From Eledone cirrhosa (lineage: Eukaryota): a stretch of DNA of 64,000 nucleotides. The position numbers and the translations under genes are program-made. Within the stretch, counting starts at the first letter, position 1; each line of letters begins with the position of its first letter. The notes below the pieces were generated by a model. It was not told the origin of the DNA and did no database searches. It saw nothing but the letters and a program-made list of their open reading frames with translations. Below are positions 13,960 through 29,620 of this stretch, one piece after another. The stretch covers positions 291,276,001-291,340,000 of the forward strand of contig OZ024741.1 of assembly GCA_964016885.1 (NCBI GenBank), in the 5' to 3' direction.

Positions 13960-14250
13960 CATCAGGCCAGTGCTCAATCCCTGGTTTCATTTTTCCACGG
14001 TGTTGAGCGACTGAGAGTACAAGACTCCCCCAACTCCGAAGAGAACGCCAGTCCTTTGCAGGGTTGTCGCAACACCAACCACCACCATCACCACCATAAA
14101 CGTCAACTTCAGCTGGTGCTAATTTTCAGATGAGTGTACAGAAGCAACGTAAAATGAAGTGTTTTGCGAAAGAAGACACCACATGACCTGATCTAGCAAT
14201 TGAACCGGCAACATTATGATCGCAAATCCCATATATTTACCATGAAAGCT
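13960..14250 (-). mobile_element. Second tRNA-derived SINE family (degraded)
   Basis: gcgactgagagtacaagactcccc...gctggtgctaattttcag...aatgaagtgttttgc...aattgaacc; a related piece lies at ~30270-30390. Confidence 0.55.
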
Positions 14251-14409
14251 CAACCACCAATGTCAATATTCAATTAAAAAAAAAGTTATTTATGTTGTTA
14301 CCAGAAAGGAAAGACAAGTATGCAAGTTATTGCGTGTATGTATGTGTGTGTATTTGTTTGTGACTGTGTTTGTATCTGACTTTATATATCGGGGTGTATG
14401 GGGTGGTGT

Positions 14410-15000
<591 letters not shown>

Positions 15001-15275
15001 TTACATGGGCAGGAGGATAGATGTTTAAATTAAACTCATAAATACACAGATATATAAACATATAAACAGAGACATCCGGGCAGGAAAAAGAATACACGCA
15101 CACATGCATATATATACATATAGCCTGTCTATATTCACACACACAGACACACACATATATATGTGTGTGTCTGTGTGTGTGAGTGTGTGTGTATTTATAA
15201 AGCTATAAGACGATACATATAATAGAGAGAGACGAAGAGAGGATGTGGTCTAGAGATATATATATCTATCCAGTG

Positions 15276-15310
<35 letters not shown>

Positions 15311-15313
<3 letters not shown>

Positions 15314-15490
15314 TCTACTTTTGGCACAAGGCCAGCGATTACCCCAGTGTATTACTGGTACTTTATTTTATCGACCTCGTAAGGATGAAAGGCAAAGTTA
15401 ACCTCGGCGAATTTGAATTCAGAACGTAAAGGGCCATAACTATGCTGCAAAACATGGTGTCTGACGCTCTACCGATACTGCCAAACCACT
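15311..15490 (-). mobile_element. Main tRNA-derived SINE
   Basis: Near full-length core sequence. Confidence 0.85.
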
Positions 15491-15599
15491 GCATATATAT
15501 ATAGATAGATAGATCGATAGATAGATAGATAGATCGATAGATAGATAGATAGATATATAGGTAGATAGGTAGATAGATAGAGAGATAGATAGATAGATA

Positions 15600-15820
15600 T
15601 GATTCTTTATTAGCCACAGGGGCACAAAAGAAGGGGACAAATACAAAGGAGGAAGTTTACATGCAATAAAAACGTGTAAAATATTATCACAAATGCAATT
15701 CAAAAATTAATCGATTTTCCCAAATAGGGGGAGACATTACATATGGGTAACACATACCCCCGAAAAAATGTGCAACCCTCATCTCCAGGAGTACGAAGAG
15801 TGAGTACCCCTTTCCTCTCT

Positions 15821-15822
<2 letters not shown>
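15600..15822 (-). mobile_element. Tx1-type LINE 3'UTR-only copy
   Basis: The reverse complement matches 1205-1404 (ttgcacattttttcgggggt..., tgtaaact..cctttgtatttgtccc..., aataaagaa); flanked by (GATA)n/(TA)n. Confidence 0.8.
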
Positions 15823-15906
<84 letters not shown>

Positions 15907-16453
15907 CAAAAATGGAATGACAGACAGACACGCAGACAGATTAATAGATATAAATATAGATAGATAAGTAGAAAGCTAGAAAGCGGGTGAGAGGGAGAGA
16001 GAGAGAGAGAGAAAAAGACAGATAGACATACAGACAGAGAGAGACAGTGGGAGCGAGAGCGAGTGAGAGAGAGAGAGAGAGGGGAGAGAGAGATACAGAC
16101 AGACAGAGAGAGTGGGAGCGAGAGCGAGAGAGAGAGTGGGGGGGTGGAGATAGAGAGAGAGAAAGAGAGAGACTAATACTTCACTCCTGACGATTTCTAC
16201 TCCGGATATGTTGACTATTGGGAAAACATGTGCAACAAGTTAAAATATTTTTCTGAAAACATTTGGTATATTAGATTCGTTTATCCATCTTCCTGGCCTC
16301 CATCAGAACCCCGCACCCACCTCATCGAATTTCAAAGTGGTTGTCAACGATATAACTTCTTAAGATAATAGCACTTAACTCACCTAACTATACAGAAGGA
16401 CATACATACATGTGTGTGTATGTGTATATATATGTGTGTGCGTGTGTGTGTAA

Positions 16454-16528
<75 letters not shown>

Positions 16529-16557
16529 AATATGTATATATATATATATATATATAA

Positions 16558-16620
<63 letters not shown>

Positions 16621-16881
16621 TGTATATAAATATGTATATATATATATTATATATATATACATATATATATATATATTTCCATTTTGACGCTATAGTCACA
16701 TATATTATGGAATAATGTTGGCTTCTTGCTACAATAATCTCTATACTTTTCATTTATATATATATATATGAATATATATACATACATGCATTCATAAATG
16801 CATACTTACATACATATGTATCATATATATATATATATACATGAGTGTATGTGTGTATGCAATTTTCTGTTTCTCTCTCAT

Positions 16882-17633
<752 letters not shown>

Positions 17634-17792
17634 ATATATATATATATATAGATAAATCTACCAAAATATACGGTAGTGTCCAATCCATATGAAGAACTCA
17701 ATGTAATCCAAATATCATGAAAAGAGAAGATGTATTCAAAATTTTTTCGATGAAAAACACAGGAAAATGGAGTCAAGATAAATTAATAAAAA

Positions 17793-17945
17793 TAATTGTT
17801 TCTACTTTACGCACAAGGCCAGCAAATAACCAAGGCATTACTGGTACTTTATGTTATCGATCCCGTAAGGATGAAAGGCAAAGTCAACCTCGGCGGGATT
17901 GTGAACTCAGATCGTAAAGGGACGTAACTATGCTGGAAAGCATAA
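17793..17945 (-). mobile_element. Main tRNA-derived SINE
   Basis: Core sequence match. Confidence 0.82.
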
Positions 17946-18022
17946 TGAATAAAAACAATGAATAAAAACAAAGAAACTTTTAATATAAGTAACTGTTTCT
18001 TTGTTTTTATTCATTATTTTTA

Positions 18023-18083
<61 letters not shown>

Positions 18084-18939
18084 GTATGGGGGATGTGGGT
18101 GCATATGTGTGTGCTTAACAACCTGAATCCAACTGGCTATGGTGGTATACCTATTAAATTAAGTCTTTTTATAAACTTCATTAGATATTGGGAAGATTAC
18201 GAACTCGGAATATGTGAAGATCTTTGAAACACAGGATATTGTAATTTGCTTTTCGTTGTTCATCCCTCATTTTAATCCAGAACTCTCTCTCTCTCTCTTC
18301 CCCCTTCTCTCTCTCTCTCTCTCTCTCTCTCTGTCACTACCTCTATCTCCTTCTCTATATCTACCCTTCTCATTCTCTCTCTCTGTCAGTCTCTCTCCCT
18401 CCTCTATCTCTGTCACTCATTCTGTCGCACTCTCCTTCTCTTGCTCCCTCTTTCTATTCCTCTCCCTACATACTTTTTCCACCTTCCTCTCTCTCCCCCT
18501 CACCCGCCTCACCCCACCCCACCCCTCACACCAACTCTCTCGCCCCATCTCGTTCATTCTTTCTCTTCCCTCTCTCTCCATCTCTCCCCCTCATATATGT
18601 CTCTTCTCTTTCTCTCACTCTATCTCTATCTCCCTTCTTTTTCCATCAGTCCCTATGTCTCTTTCTCTTTCTCTTTCTATTTCTCTTTCTCGCCACCACC
18701 CCCACCTTTTTTCTCTTCCTCTCTCTTCGTCTCCCCCCCCCCTCTCCCTATCTATCTCTCGTTTACCAAGCAGCAGTTGTAACTCCTGGCTTAACTGTAC
18801 AACAGTGATCAATCTTCCTGAGGTAGCAATCACAACGACTGATGGATTGTAACAATAACAACGTGACACTTTATACCTCTCATAAACCCATAGTCATACA
18901 CTTAAGAACATTTATACACACACACGTTTCTATGTAGAT

Positions 18940-18975
<36 letters not shown>

Positions 18976-18981
<6 letters not shown>

Positions 18982-19158
18982 AATTCGGTACCCCGACGGC
19001 TGAGCTTCTGCTTGTTTCAAAATCTAGCTGTTGAAACGGCAGGAGCTCAACCGTGGGGATTCCCGAATTTTTCATATTACCCACTCACTCTACTACCTCA
19101 AGTTTTGAGTACTCTGGTAAGTAATGGTCTAACTGGTTTTTACTGCTTCCATTCTGTT
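18976..19158. mobile_element. Penelope-like short module, family B
   Basis: Sits in (TA)n; ccccgacggctgagct.../gaaacggcaggagctcaaccgt inversion, plus a tail with ttgagtactctgg. Confidence 0.7.
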
Positions 19159-19348
19159 TATATATATATATTTTTTTTTTTCCGGATATATCAAGCGTTA
19201 ACCTAATATATCCCTTCCATATACTGTACCGATTGTGTTGTTATTTCTGTTTACCTTTTACACACACACACACATACACACACACATACACACACACACA
19301 CACACAGACACACACACACACACACACACACAGACATATATATATATA

Positions 19349-19452
19349 TAACGAAGGAATTGTGGTAAAGAACCATATTGACCAGAACGCACCAGAGTAC
19401 TTAATACTTAGGTCGAAACGTCTTGAGCTCTGCCGTCGTGGTCATACATTTT
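19349..19452. mobile_element. Penelope-like short module, family B (partial)
   Basis: aacgaaggaattgtggtaaagaacc...ccagagtacttaatac...gaaacgtcttgagctctgccgtc. Confidence 0.7.
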
Positions 19453-19921
19453 AGTCCTACAAGGGACTTGCCTATGGCCCTCAATACCATGCATCGCAAT
19501 AAATATCACATATCAAGCGTTGCCTGAGCTTGAATCTTTTTTAAGCGAGGAAAGGCTTTGCATAGGACCAATCAGACTTTCTGAACATCCAATGCATTAA
19601 CCTCAAAAGAAGAACTGGTCTACCTCATTGAATGCAAACGAACTAGCAGGTTTAATATCAGAATGACCTTCTTGTAGACAGATGTCTTAAGGAAAACTAA
19701 GCGTCTCTCATTTCACCAAAAAAAAAAACTTTATTGGATGGCGTTGACTCTCATGAATTCCTCCGCTCTTTCACGGGTTGTTTTTCATCCCGCAGGGTGT
19801 CCAAATTCATCCTCTTCGCCAATCACACTTGGTGGGGTTGCCTACTTAGTCGCCGACGACCCGATCATGCACAGGTTGTACTGGGTTACATGTTACCAGT
19901 AGCGTTGAAGAGCGACCTGAC
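19453..19921 (-). mobile_element. Non-autonomous bipartite RTE-derived element (subfamily 2)
   Basis: 5' end gtcaggtcgc...gggtcgtcggcgactaag matches 45690-45755; body homologous to 45990-46210. Confidence 0.65.
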
Positions 19922-19927
19922 TATATA

Positions 19928-20312
19928 TGATGGCTGCAAACTCTGCTAAGAGTATTGCAATCGCTTGTCAGATTATAGAGTTTGGTGCACTTTTAGGCTA
20001 CAGCCAGCCACATGAACTTGTAACAGATCCCGAACAAGCAATGCCTGTCCTTTGATGGTTTTGTAAGTGGGGGAAGGCCTTGCACTCAACCAATCCCACT
20101 CTCTAAGCATCGAAAACACCACCCGAAAAGAAGAACTGGTCAACATCATCGGATGCTTCCGAAGCCGCAGTTTTTTTTTTTCCAGTTTCCTTCTCCTAGA
20201 AAGATGTTGTGACAACAACTGGGGGCCTTTCACTCCCAGGTAAAAAAAAAAAGTACTCTTTGGATGGCCATTGACTCTGCTGAGTTCCTCCGCTCTTTGC
20301 TGGGTGAGGAGG
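19928..20312 (-). mobile_element. Non-autonomous bipartite RTE-derived element (subfamily 3, 5'-truncated)
   Basis: The tgatggctgcaaactc 3' end and the aaaagaagaactggtcaacatcatcggat and ttggatggccattgactct blocks are shared with 45144-45755. Confidence 0.6.
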
Positions 20313-21598
20313 GTGATATATATACATAGATGCATATATATTTACACCGTTGCACATACACAAATACACACACATCAACTGATGCTCTAGCAATTCCACC
20401 AATATATCTTGGCTAGATTTGAACTCAGATATTAGAGAATGTACATTGCTCAAGAATAGAGATTAGACTAGAAAGATGTTGACAAGCCCCTAAATTGACC
20501 TTCCAGATCTGATGGCCTGTTTTATCTTCCCTTGACACTATTTTTTGTTATTTTTTACTGGATTATTTACGTATTAGTATATACGACCACCACCCTAGCA
20601 CTCCCTAGAAAATGGATAAAGAATTGTCACCACGGTCATATTCATATATGCAACGTTGACACAAATAACATTACATCCTTACACAAAAACACACAAAATG
20701 TGTTAATAATATTCTCCGTTGAAATGAAGGTGAAGTTCTTATATGTCCGGCGTTCCAATATGCCGTCAAATACGTAATATGTTTATTAACGCCAAAGAAC
20801 CCCCGAAGAAAATGTCTTTGGGTTGTTTTTAATCATTTAATTGGTTATAACATGTAGTAATATTTCTAAAAATTTCAGTAAGTCAAAAATCATAGGCTTC
20901 CTCTCTCCGATGGAACATTATGTAGACATTGCAAGTGAAGGAAATCAACTTTGTTGACCATAAAACTTGACAATGTGGGGAAAGCTACTCATGATATTTT
21001 GGCGTCCTATCCTGTAAATAAGGAGATGTGTGTGTGTGTATGTATGAAGGAGGTGTGTGTGCCTCTCATATATTTAAGACAACATAAAGCAGAGTTAATC
21101 ACCGGCACAATAAACTTTCTACCTCCGCTCCACCATCAACGCCCCCTGCTTGAAATTTGTGAAAGTATGAGCAGGTCAGAGCTATTGAGATCAAATACTG
21201 TAGCACACAACGAGTGTTTCGTGTTGGCATATAGGCAGTTAATTATTCGCACCACAGTTCATATGGTTGGCGGAAATATGTAGTAGATCATTTGGGAATA
21301 TTGGTTGGCTTAGAATTGACGCTCTGTTCAGCAGGTGATTTATATCTCATCCGCTAAACACCATGAGGTCGTCGAGTTATCGAGGTAGCATCTACACGAG
21401 CGCCTGATCTGCTAGAAATAACAACCAAATTTACATTAAACTGTACCATTTCGTCTGAAACAGGAAGGATACATTAGGTAATATTTTTCGAGTTATACTG
21501 AGCCTGAATACATAAATGAGAGATTAATCATGGCAAAAACACATTTGATCATTCTGTGTGTGTGTGTGTGTGTGTGTTCGTGTGTGTGGTGTGTGTGG

Positions 21599-21718
<120 letters not shown>

Positions 21719-22009
21719 GGTGTGTTTGATCTATTTATGGTGTTATTTATATTGTGTTCCTTTATGTCCCATATACAAGATGTTCGACAAATGTAGCCCG
21801 ATAAGATAATTATTAGACTGAAATAAGTACTGGTATCGATGTGAGCGACTAAATCTCTTGAAATCGAAGACTGAAACCAATAAAAAAGAAAGTTAGAGAT
21901 TACCTTGATTGGATGCCAACAGGTTTGGAATACTACACTTTATGATGGATGAATGAATGGATGGACAAACAGTCGGACGGATAGACGGATGGATGGATGG
22001 ATAAGTTGC

Positions 22010-22310
22010 AGGTTTTCCGTATTGACATAAGCGTTTCTATGGCATTTTTATAACCTGGTGAAACCGATCTCCTTCTGGATACAACAGATTTGCTCCAGAG
22101 AAAGATAGAGAGTGCGAGAATGGAAGTGAGAATGATATGTGGAGGAAGAATCTACCCTAGTACTAGACTGGTAACATTTTTATTGATCTAGAATGGATGA
22201 AAGGCAAAGTTGACCTGAGCGGGATTTGAACTCAGAAAGCAGAGAGCTGAAACGTATACTGCAAAGTAATCTATCGGACGTTCTAATGAGTCTACCAATT
22301 CGTCGCCTAA
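22010..22310 (-). mobile_element. tRNA-derived SINE, long-tailed variant
   Basis: ggatgaaaggcaaagttgacctgagcgggatttgaactcagaa plus an extension like 2455-2630. Confidence 0.7.
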
Positions 22311-22506
22311 CACTTTATTATGCGTCACATGTATTTTCGATACCAATGGAGATATACGGGGTGGTCTGACCTTATAGAAACGACAGTCAAACAGTGCTGG
22401 TCGTCTTAAAACAAAAAAACTTTCGCTGGAATTAAACATAAATGACAATAGAACTTTTAAATTAAAACTGACTTTCATTTAAACAATAACAACAACAACA
22501 ACAACA

Positions 22507-22537
<31 letters not shown>

Positions 22538-22602
22538 ATTCACCACCATTTCTACAACCAACACGACCACCTCCTCCACCACCACCACTGCCAACACTAC
22601 CG

Positions 22603-22635
<33 letters not shown>

Positions 22636-23087
22636 TACGATCTTTGATAGTGAAACCGAACGTTTAAGACAGAGAATGATTACTGTTACACTAGACTACA
22701 CTATAACATTCCTTCTGTACGACACCCCTATCTAATCTACACCCTACCGACAATGTCAACAACAATAGAAACAACAATAACGCCAATAATAAAAACAGCA
22801 ACAATTAAAAAGCATAACACATTATAATATACTAAGACTGTCAAGCTTCAATATTTCATCCTTACTACATAAAATTATGTACACTAACAACAACAACAAA
22901 CACAATAGCAACTAAAACAGCAGCAGCCAGTGAGTCTAGGCTACAAGAAAAGGATATAGATGCGAGGCTAAGATTTCATAGTATCCTACTGGGAATTGAA
23001 ACCTAGACAGCTGAGTTCATTGTTTAGGAAATTGCTATACAGCCATTACATTCACATGTCACTGTCATATATCTATGAATGTGTGCG

Positions 23088-23122
<35 letters not shown>

Positions 23123-23124
23123 GT

Positions 23125-23202
<78 letters not shown>

Positions 23203-23327
23203 ATATATATATATATATTTGTATATATATATGTATGTATATATATTTGTATATATATATATATAAATATATTTGTATATATATATGTATGTATGTTTGT
23301 GTGTGTCCTGATCTATGAATTTGTATT

Positions 23328-23442
<115 letters not shown>

Positions 23443-23729
23443 GTGTATGTGTGCGAGTGTGTGTATCTGAGTGTATGTATATCTGTGTGTGTTTAGATAT
23501 AGACAAAATATTTTGTGTATATATGAGAAACGATTAACGAAAAGACTCAATAAAAGTGAAACTAATGATATTTAGAGCGATAGTATATACAGTGTAATAC
23601 AAGTACAGCTAAGACGAAGGCAGAGTTGAAAATAAAATCCACCCACTTGCTGAGATATATTATAACATAATATAATAAAATATAATATAATAGGATATAA
23701 TATAATATTAGTATAATTATATCTAATAT

Positions 23730-24510
23730 ATGCACAAGGCCAAACATGTTAGGGCTTGGTAAAGGTGACCTCGGCGGGATTCGAACTCACAATATAAAGA
23801 GATGCAACTAAATGCCCATAGTATAGAAAAATATATAATACAATATAATATAATTGTTTCTACTTTTGGCACAAGGCCAGCAATTATCACAGTGCATTAC
23901 TGGTACTTTATTTTATCGACCCCGTAAGGATGAAAAGCAAAGTTAATATCGGCGGGATTTGTACTCAGACCATAAAGGGATGTAACTCTATGCTGGAAAG
24001 CATAAACTAATATAATATACATGCCTCCGGCCAGTCCGAGAAGCAAGTGGCTCCGCTTCTGTATTTACTCTGTCAGTAAAGTCTTACCGAACAGAGAAGG
24101 TAGGCGTTAAATGATGATGACGAAGGTGATGATGGTGTAATACATATTCTATATTCAGACACATTGGAAGTCTGATGCTTGTGGATGTCTATGTTGAAGC
24201 GAAGACTCCGTTACCGATACTGCGAAATGTTTCTAATAATTGTTTCTACTATTGGCACAAGGCCAGCAATTACCCCAGTGCATTACTGGTGCTTTATTTT
24301 ATCGACCCCGTAAGGATGAAAGGCAAAGTTAACCTCGGCAGGATTTGAACTCAGAATGGCAAGCGCCGTAACTCTGTGCGTCAAAGCATGGTGTCCGACC
24401 CTCTACCGATACTGCCAATTCAAATGCTTTGAACTCAGAACGTAAAGGGACGTAACTATGCTGGAAAACATGGCTTCCGACTCTCTACCGATACTGCCAA
24501 CTCACCGCCT
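23730..24510 (-). mobile_element. Cluster of four main-family SINE copies or fragments
   Basis: Cores at ~23730-23815, 23852-24005, 24237-24425 and 24428-24510. Confidence 0.82.
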
Positions 24511-24877
24511 GATTGTAACACAGACACCAACCGGAACACAGGAAATAACATATGTAACCGCAACGTGTCATATCAAACACTAGCTACTATGATATAGATT
24601 TTTAACGGTCGATCACTTCCGAGGAGATTTATTAGCGTGTTCGTTTTGCATCTCTCGTATTTTGATAACTTCCCGCTCTGCTGCTATATAATCTTTAATT
24701 GTATACTAAATATGCCTATCTATTTAACGAAAGACCATGCAGTAGATTGTAATGGATTATACGTTACCAACTGTATGCGTGAGCATATATATATATATAT
24801 ATAAATATAATAAGGGTTTATGTTGATATCCAGTGATTTCGATTTCATTGTTTCTCTCTCTCACTCTCTCTCTCTCG

Positions 24878-24915
<38 letters not shown>

Positions 24916-24919
<4 letters not shown>

Positions 24920-25092
24920 TAGGATGTGGTAAAAACCAGCTAGACCATTATTCACCAGAGTACTCGATACTTGGGGTAGTAGAGTGGGTAATATGAATAG
25001 ATTCAGGGCCCCTACGGCTGAGCTCCGGCCGTTTTGACAGCTATCTGTCGAAACGGCCGGAGCTCAGTCGTAGGGGTCCTGAATCTTTTCAT
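24916..25092. mobile_element. Penelope-like short module, family B
   Basis: Sits in (TA)n; ccagagtactcgatac tail; ccctacggctgagctccggccgttt/aaacggccggagctcagtcgtaggg hairpin. Confidence 0.72.
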
Positions 25093-25106
25093 ATATATAT
25101 ATATAT

Positions 25107-25177
<71 letters not shown>

Positions 25178-25663
25178 AATACATAGATAGATAGATACAC
25201 GAGACTTAAAGCAGATGGTTACCAGTCTTGCCTTTTGCTTCATCAGCTAGCTATAATTAGATTCTAGCGATAGGATTCGACATTTGTGATGGTTAATTGA
25301 CCTGCGTTAATATTTCTGTTAAGGCAAACATAACTTTCAAGGAAGACACATACAGCGGAAAACATGATACAGGGCTGTATAATATAGAACATAACATACT
25401 TCGGCTGAATATAACACATCTTAATTCCTTATGGAAAATATATTATCGCAAACTTGATTCACTTTTTTTATAAAGGATGATAGAATTGGTTTTAAGAGTA
25501 TTGTCCATTTTATCCACCCCAGCAACTATTTCAGCCAGATATGTATTTTGTCAATCTTTATTTGATGAACTACAAAATTACAGAACATTCAGACACGACA
25601 TTTTCAACACCGGTGTAAAAATAACCACGCTCATATATATAAATAGGCGACAGTCACCACACA

Positions 25664-25740
<77 letters not shown>

Positions 25741-25742
<2 letters not shown>

Positions 25743-26045
25743 AGGGGGTGTAACTTGGAGTTACTGCAGGTTCACCCGGGAGAGCACTCGATGTTTAGGT
25801 TCACTTCTGTGATGATGAGGTGTAGAGCTATACAGAGTGTAATATATTGAAAGGATAACAAGGACGATTGATTACTCCTTCATTGCATTTATTGGTAGGT
25901 GACGCGCGTTTTGCCACTGATCAGCTCAAGGTTCGATCTGTATCGATCCTACCCGACTCAATAATCGGCGGCTCGACGAAACGCGCGTCACCTACCAATA
26001 ATTACAATGAAGGAGTAATCAATTGTCCTTGTTATCCTTTCAATA
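25741..26045. mobile_element. Penelope-like short module, family D
   Basis: ~70-bp inverted arms (25842-25912 / 25977-26045), each carrying an AAACGCGCGTC core; tail with gagcactcgatg. Confidence 0.75.
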
Positions 26046-26057
26046 TATATATATATA

Positions 26058-26257
26058 TAAATAGAATTTGCGGTGCTGAGGCCGAGGAGAGCACAAATCA
26101 TGTGAGCGCTCGATACATGGGGAGATGTAGAGTGGGTATAGGGATGTATTTATATCCCGACAGCAGCACCAAACAGTTTTGGCTTGCGTGTCACACAAGC
26201 CGAATCCGTTTGGTGCCGCGATCGGGATTTTACACATCTCTTTCGCTCGCTTTGTAA

Positions 26258-26258
<1 letters not shown>
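26058..26258. mobile_element. Additional fold-back module in (TA)n with the same tail motif
   Basis: Hairpin atcccgacagcagcaccaaacagtttggcttg / caagccgaatccgtttggtgccgcgatcgggat; gagcgctcgata at 26104. Confidence 0.5.
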
Positions 26259-26292
<34 letters not shown>

Positions 26293-26454
26293 GGGGGTGG
26301 GGGGTGGGGTGGGGGCTATCCATGTGTATATGGGAGGTTACACTGAGGTGGAGAGAGGAAAACTGAAAAAGAATGACTGGAGAAATTATCAACATACACG
26401 CCACACACCGATATATATGTGTATGTATACGTATATGTGTGTGTGTGTGTGTGT

Positions 26455-26542
<88 letters not shown>

Positions 26543-27084
26543 AATGAGACAAAGAGTTATTATTAAGACTATAAGAGACTAAAGGAGATGAAAAAGGATA
26601 GAGATAAAGAATTGGAGAGTGAGGAAGAGAGAGAAACAAAAACAGCAGGAGAGAGAAAGAGAGAGAGAGAAGGGGGGGGGGGGGAGAAAGAGGGTAGTAT
26701 AAGTAAGATAATCTATGCGATAAGTGTTTTCTTATATACACTCATTTTCAACTAGTTTAACGCTTGAAAGAGAAGCTATATTTGTCTGAAATATCTATAT
26801 CTTTAGCAATTTAATAGATGTATATTGTTAACTTTTGTTTTTCTTACATATCCATTTATTATCTATGTCTCTCTTCCCCTTCTCTTTCTATCTCACTCTC
26901 TATCAATCTATGTATATACATATTTATAATGGCTGTGCCCCAGCATGGCCTCATGATCTGGGATAGGATAAGTAAAAGAATAAATCAATATATATGTGTG
27001 TGTGTGTGTGTGTATGTATATATATTTATATATATATACACATATATATAACCACACACACACACATATATATATATGTGTGTG

Positions 27085-27120
<36 letters not shown>

Positions 27121-27774
27121 TGGGATAGACATAGATAGATAGATAGATAGATAGACATATATGTAATATATGTAGGTATATATGTGTATACATTCATACA
27201 TACGTTCATTGATTAGCGTGTATGTTTGTAAGTGTGTGTGTGTGCGTGTGTGTATGTGTGTGCGCGTGAGTGTGAGTGTACGAACGCTTCCTGAAAAGCA
27301 CAGCCCAGATCTCCCAGAATGGCCGAGAAAAAGACATTATTTTAGGTTTACAAAAAAGAATGGTGTCACATGTTACCGTTCTTGGTTCCATTGAACGATA
27401 AAAGTTCTAACTTTCCAGAATTTCTTATTCCCTTAGAGACATTTAAACCACATCTGGTTCACGTAAGTTCTTGTTTAAATATATTTATACTCCCTCTTTT
27501 AGCTCTTCAAGAGAGCTTATTATCATCGCACTATTATTAATAACTATCACTATTATTCTTATCATTATTTTTATTATTATTGTTATTGTTATTATTATTA
27601 TTGTTATTATTATTATTATTATTATCATTGTACCTTTTCGAAATATTTCATACAAACACTTACGTACTTACACACACACACACACATACACCATTACATG
27701 TAGTTGTCATTATATACATACATATAAACATTGAAACAGACAGATACATACACAAAGACACCCACACACACATT

Positions 27775-27877
<103 letters not shown>

Positions 27878-28403
27878 TTCTGTGTGTGTGGGTGTGTGGG
27901 TGTATGTATGTGTTTCTGTGAGTGTGATAAGAAGTGCGCGAGCAACCGAGGTGTGCGATAAATATATATACACACACACATATATATATACATATATATA
28001 TATATGAATGTGTGTTTGTATGTATATCTGCATATGTGTATATATGCATATATGAATGTATGTATATATATATATATGTGTGTGTTTATGTGTGTTTGCA
28101 TGTATACGCATGTCTAGATCAGCTTGTATGTGCTCAGACACATACATACACATATCTATTTAAATATATACATATGTACGAAATTATAGAAATTCCATTT
28201 CAGAAATCAAAGCATATATGTATGTGTGTGAGTGTGTATGTGTGTGTGAGAAAGAGAAAGAATGTCTGTCTGTGTGTGTGTGTAGACGATTTGGCGAAAA
28301 TAAGGAACAACTAAAAGTAATAGATATGAACCTAATACAATTCTTATATAGATATATATTCAGAAATCAAACCATCCATCTGTTTTTCTATCTATTTATC
28401 TGT

Positions 28404-28490
<87 letters not shown>

Positions 28491-28574
28491 CCTCTCCATC
28501 TCTCTCTTTATCTCATATATATCATATATATATATATATACCTATCTATCTATCTATCAATCTAGCTATCTTTC

Positions 28575-28885
28575 TCATCTTCGCCCACTTATTTCTGTGA
28601 GGGTTCTGTCAGAAATAACCGTTTCCAACTGATCCGGCTGGATCCCCAAATGTAACCAGCCAAGCTCATCGATGTTATCCAACCATCTTGCTCGGAGTCT
28701 ACCCCTGGGACTCTCGCTGGTTGGTTTGCCCCTAAAATCTGTCCAGCGATTCTTTCCAGGGACATTCTAACCCCATGCCCATATTATCGGAGCTGTGATC
28801 TCTCAATTCGGCGAAGTGGCAGCTCTACCTGGAGTGACTCTTTGATCTCCGAGTTACACACTTTATCGAGTAACATCCTCCAAAG
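28575..28885 (-). mobile_element. RTE-clade LINE 3' fragment
   Basis: Minus strand: NSEIKESLQVE...IERSQLR*YGHGVRMS...PRGRLRARWLDNIDELG, the RTE RLRWxGHxxRM...PRGRPxxRW motif. Confidence 0.75.
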
Positions 28886-29051
28886 ACCCTTCGGGGGAAT
28901 CCCATTTCGGGCATATATTTACCTATTTATCTATCTATCTATCTGCTACTTCTCTGTCGGTCTGACTCCTCTAACATTTTCTCTCTTTCATTCTCCCTTC
29001 TTCCCCTTTCTCGTTCTCCCTATCTGTTTCTACATAAACAGACACACCTAT

Positions 29052-29085
<34 letters not shown>

Positions 29086-29620
29086 CCAGGGAGTGTAACT
29101 CGGACTTACTGTAGGTTCACCCAGGTGAGCACTCGATGTTTAGGTTCACGTCAGTATGGAGGTGTAGAGCTAGACATGTTTCCTAGTATAGGCACAAGGC
29201 CATTAATTTGTGGGGAGGGGAAAGTCAATTAAATCGACCCCAGTACGTTACTGGTGCTTTGTTTTATCGACACGTAAGGATGAAAGGCAAAGTTAACCTC
29301 GGCGGGTTTTGAAGTCAGACCGCAAAAGGGCCGTAACTCTATGCTGCAAAGCATGGTGTCCGACTCTCTACCGATACTGCTAATCCAAATAATAATAGAA
29401 GGACGAATGATTACTCCTCCATTACGTTTATTAGGTGGTGACGCGCGTTTCGCTACTGATCAGCTCAAGGTTCGATCTGCATCGATCTAGCCTGACTCTG
29501 GATTCAAAAGCTCGTCGGACCTCTATAGTAGTAATGTGTTAGGTTGTAACATAAATTCCCGCCGTTCTTTTATTAAACAAATCATAACAACGGCAGGAAT
29601 TTATGTTACAACCCAATATA
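29086..29620. mobile_element. Penelope-like family D module interrupted by a SINE
   Basis: The family D tail (29086-29175) resumes at ~29390 (attactcc...gacgcgcgtttcgc); terminal hairpin at 29535-29615. Confidence 0.7.
29178..29390 (-). mobile_element. Main tRNA-derived SINE (long internal variant), nested
   Basis: Full core including the ggggaggggaaagtcaattaaatcgacccc segment. Confidence 0.85.

Noticed and set aside
21395-21550. Recurrent ctgctagaaatagcagccaaat-type repeat (also ~32350-32525, 38620-38760, 41580-41775, 42130-42290)
   Set aside because: Clearly an old interspersed repeat, but too degraded to define boundaries or class from this window.
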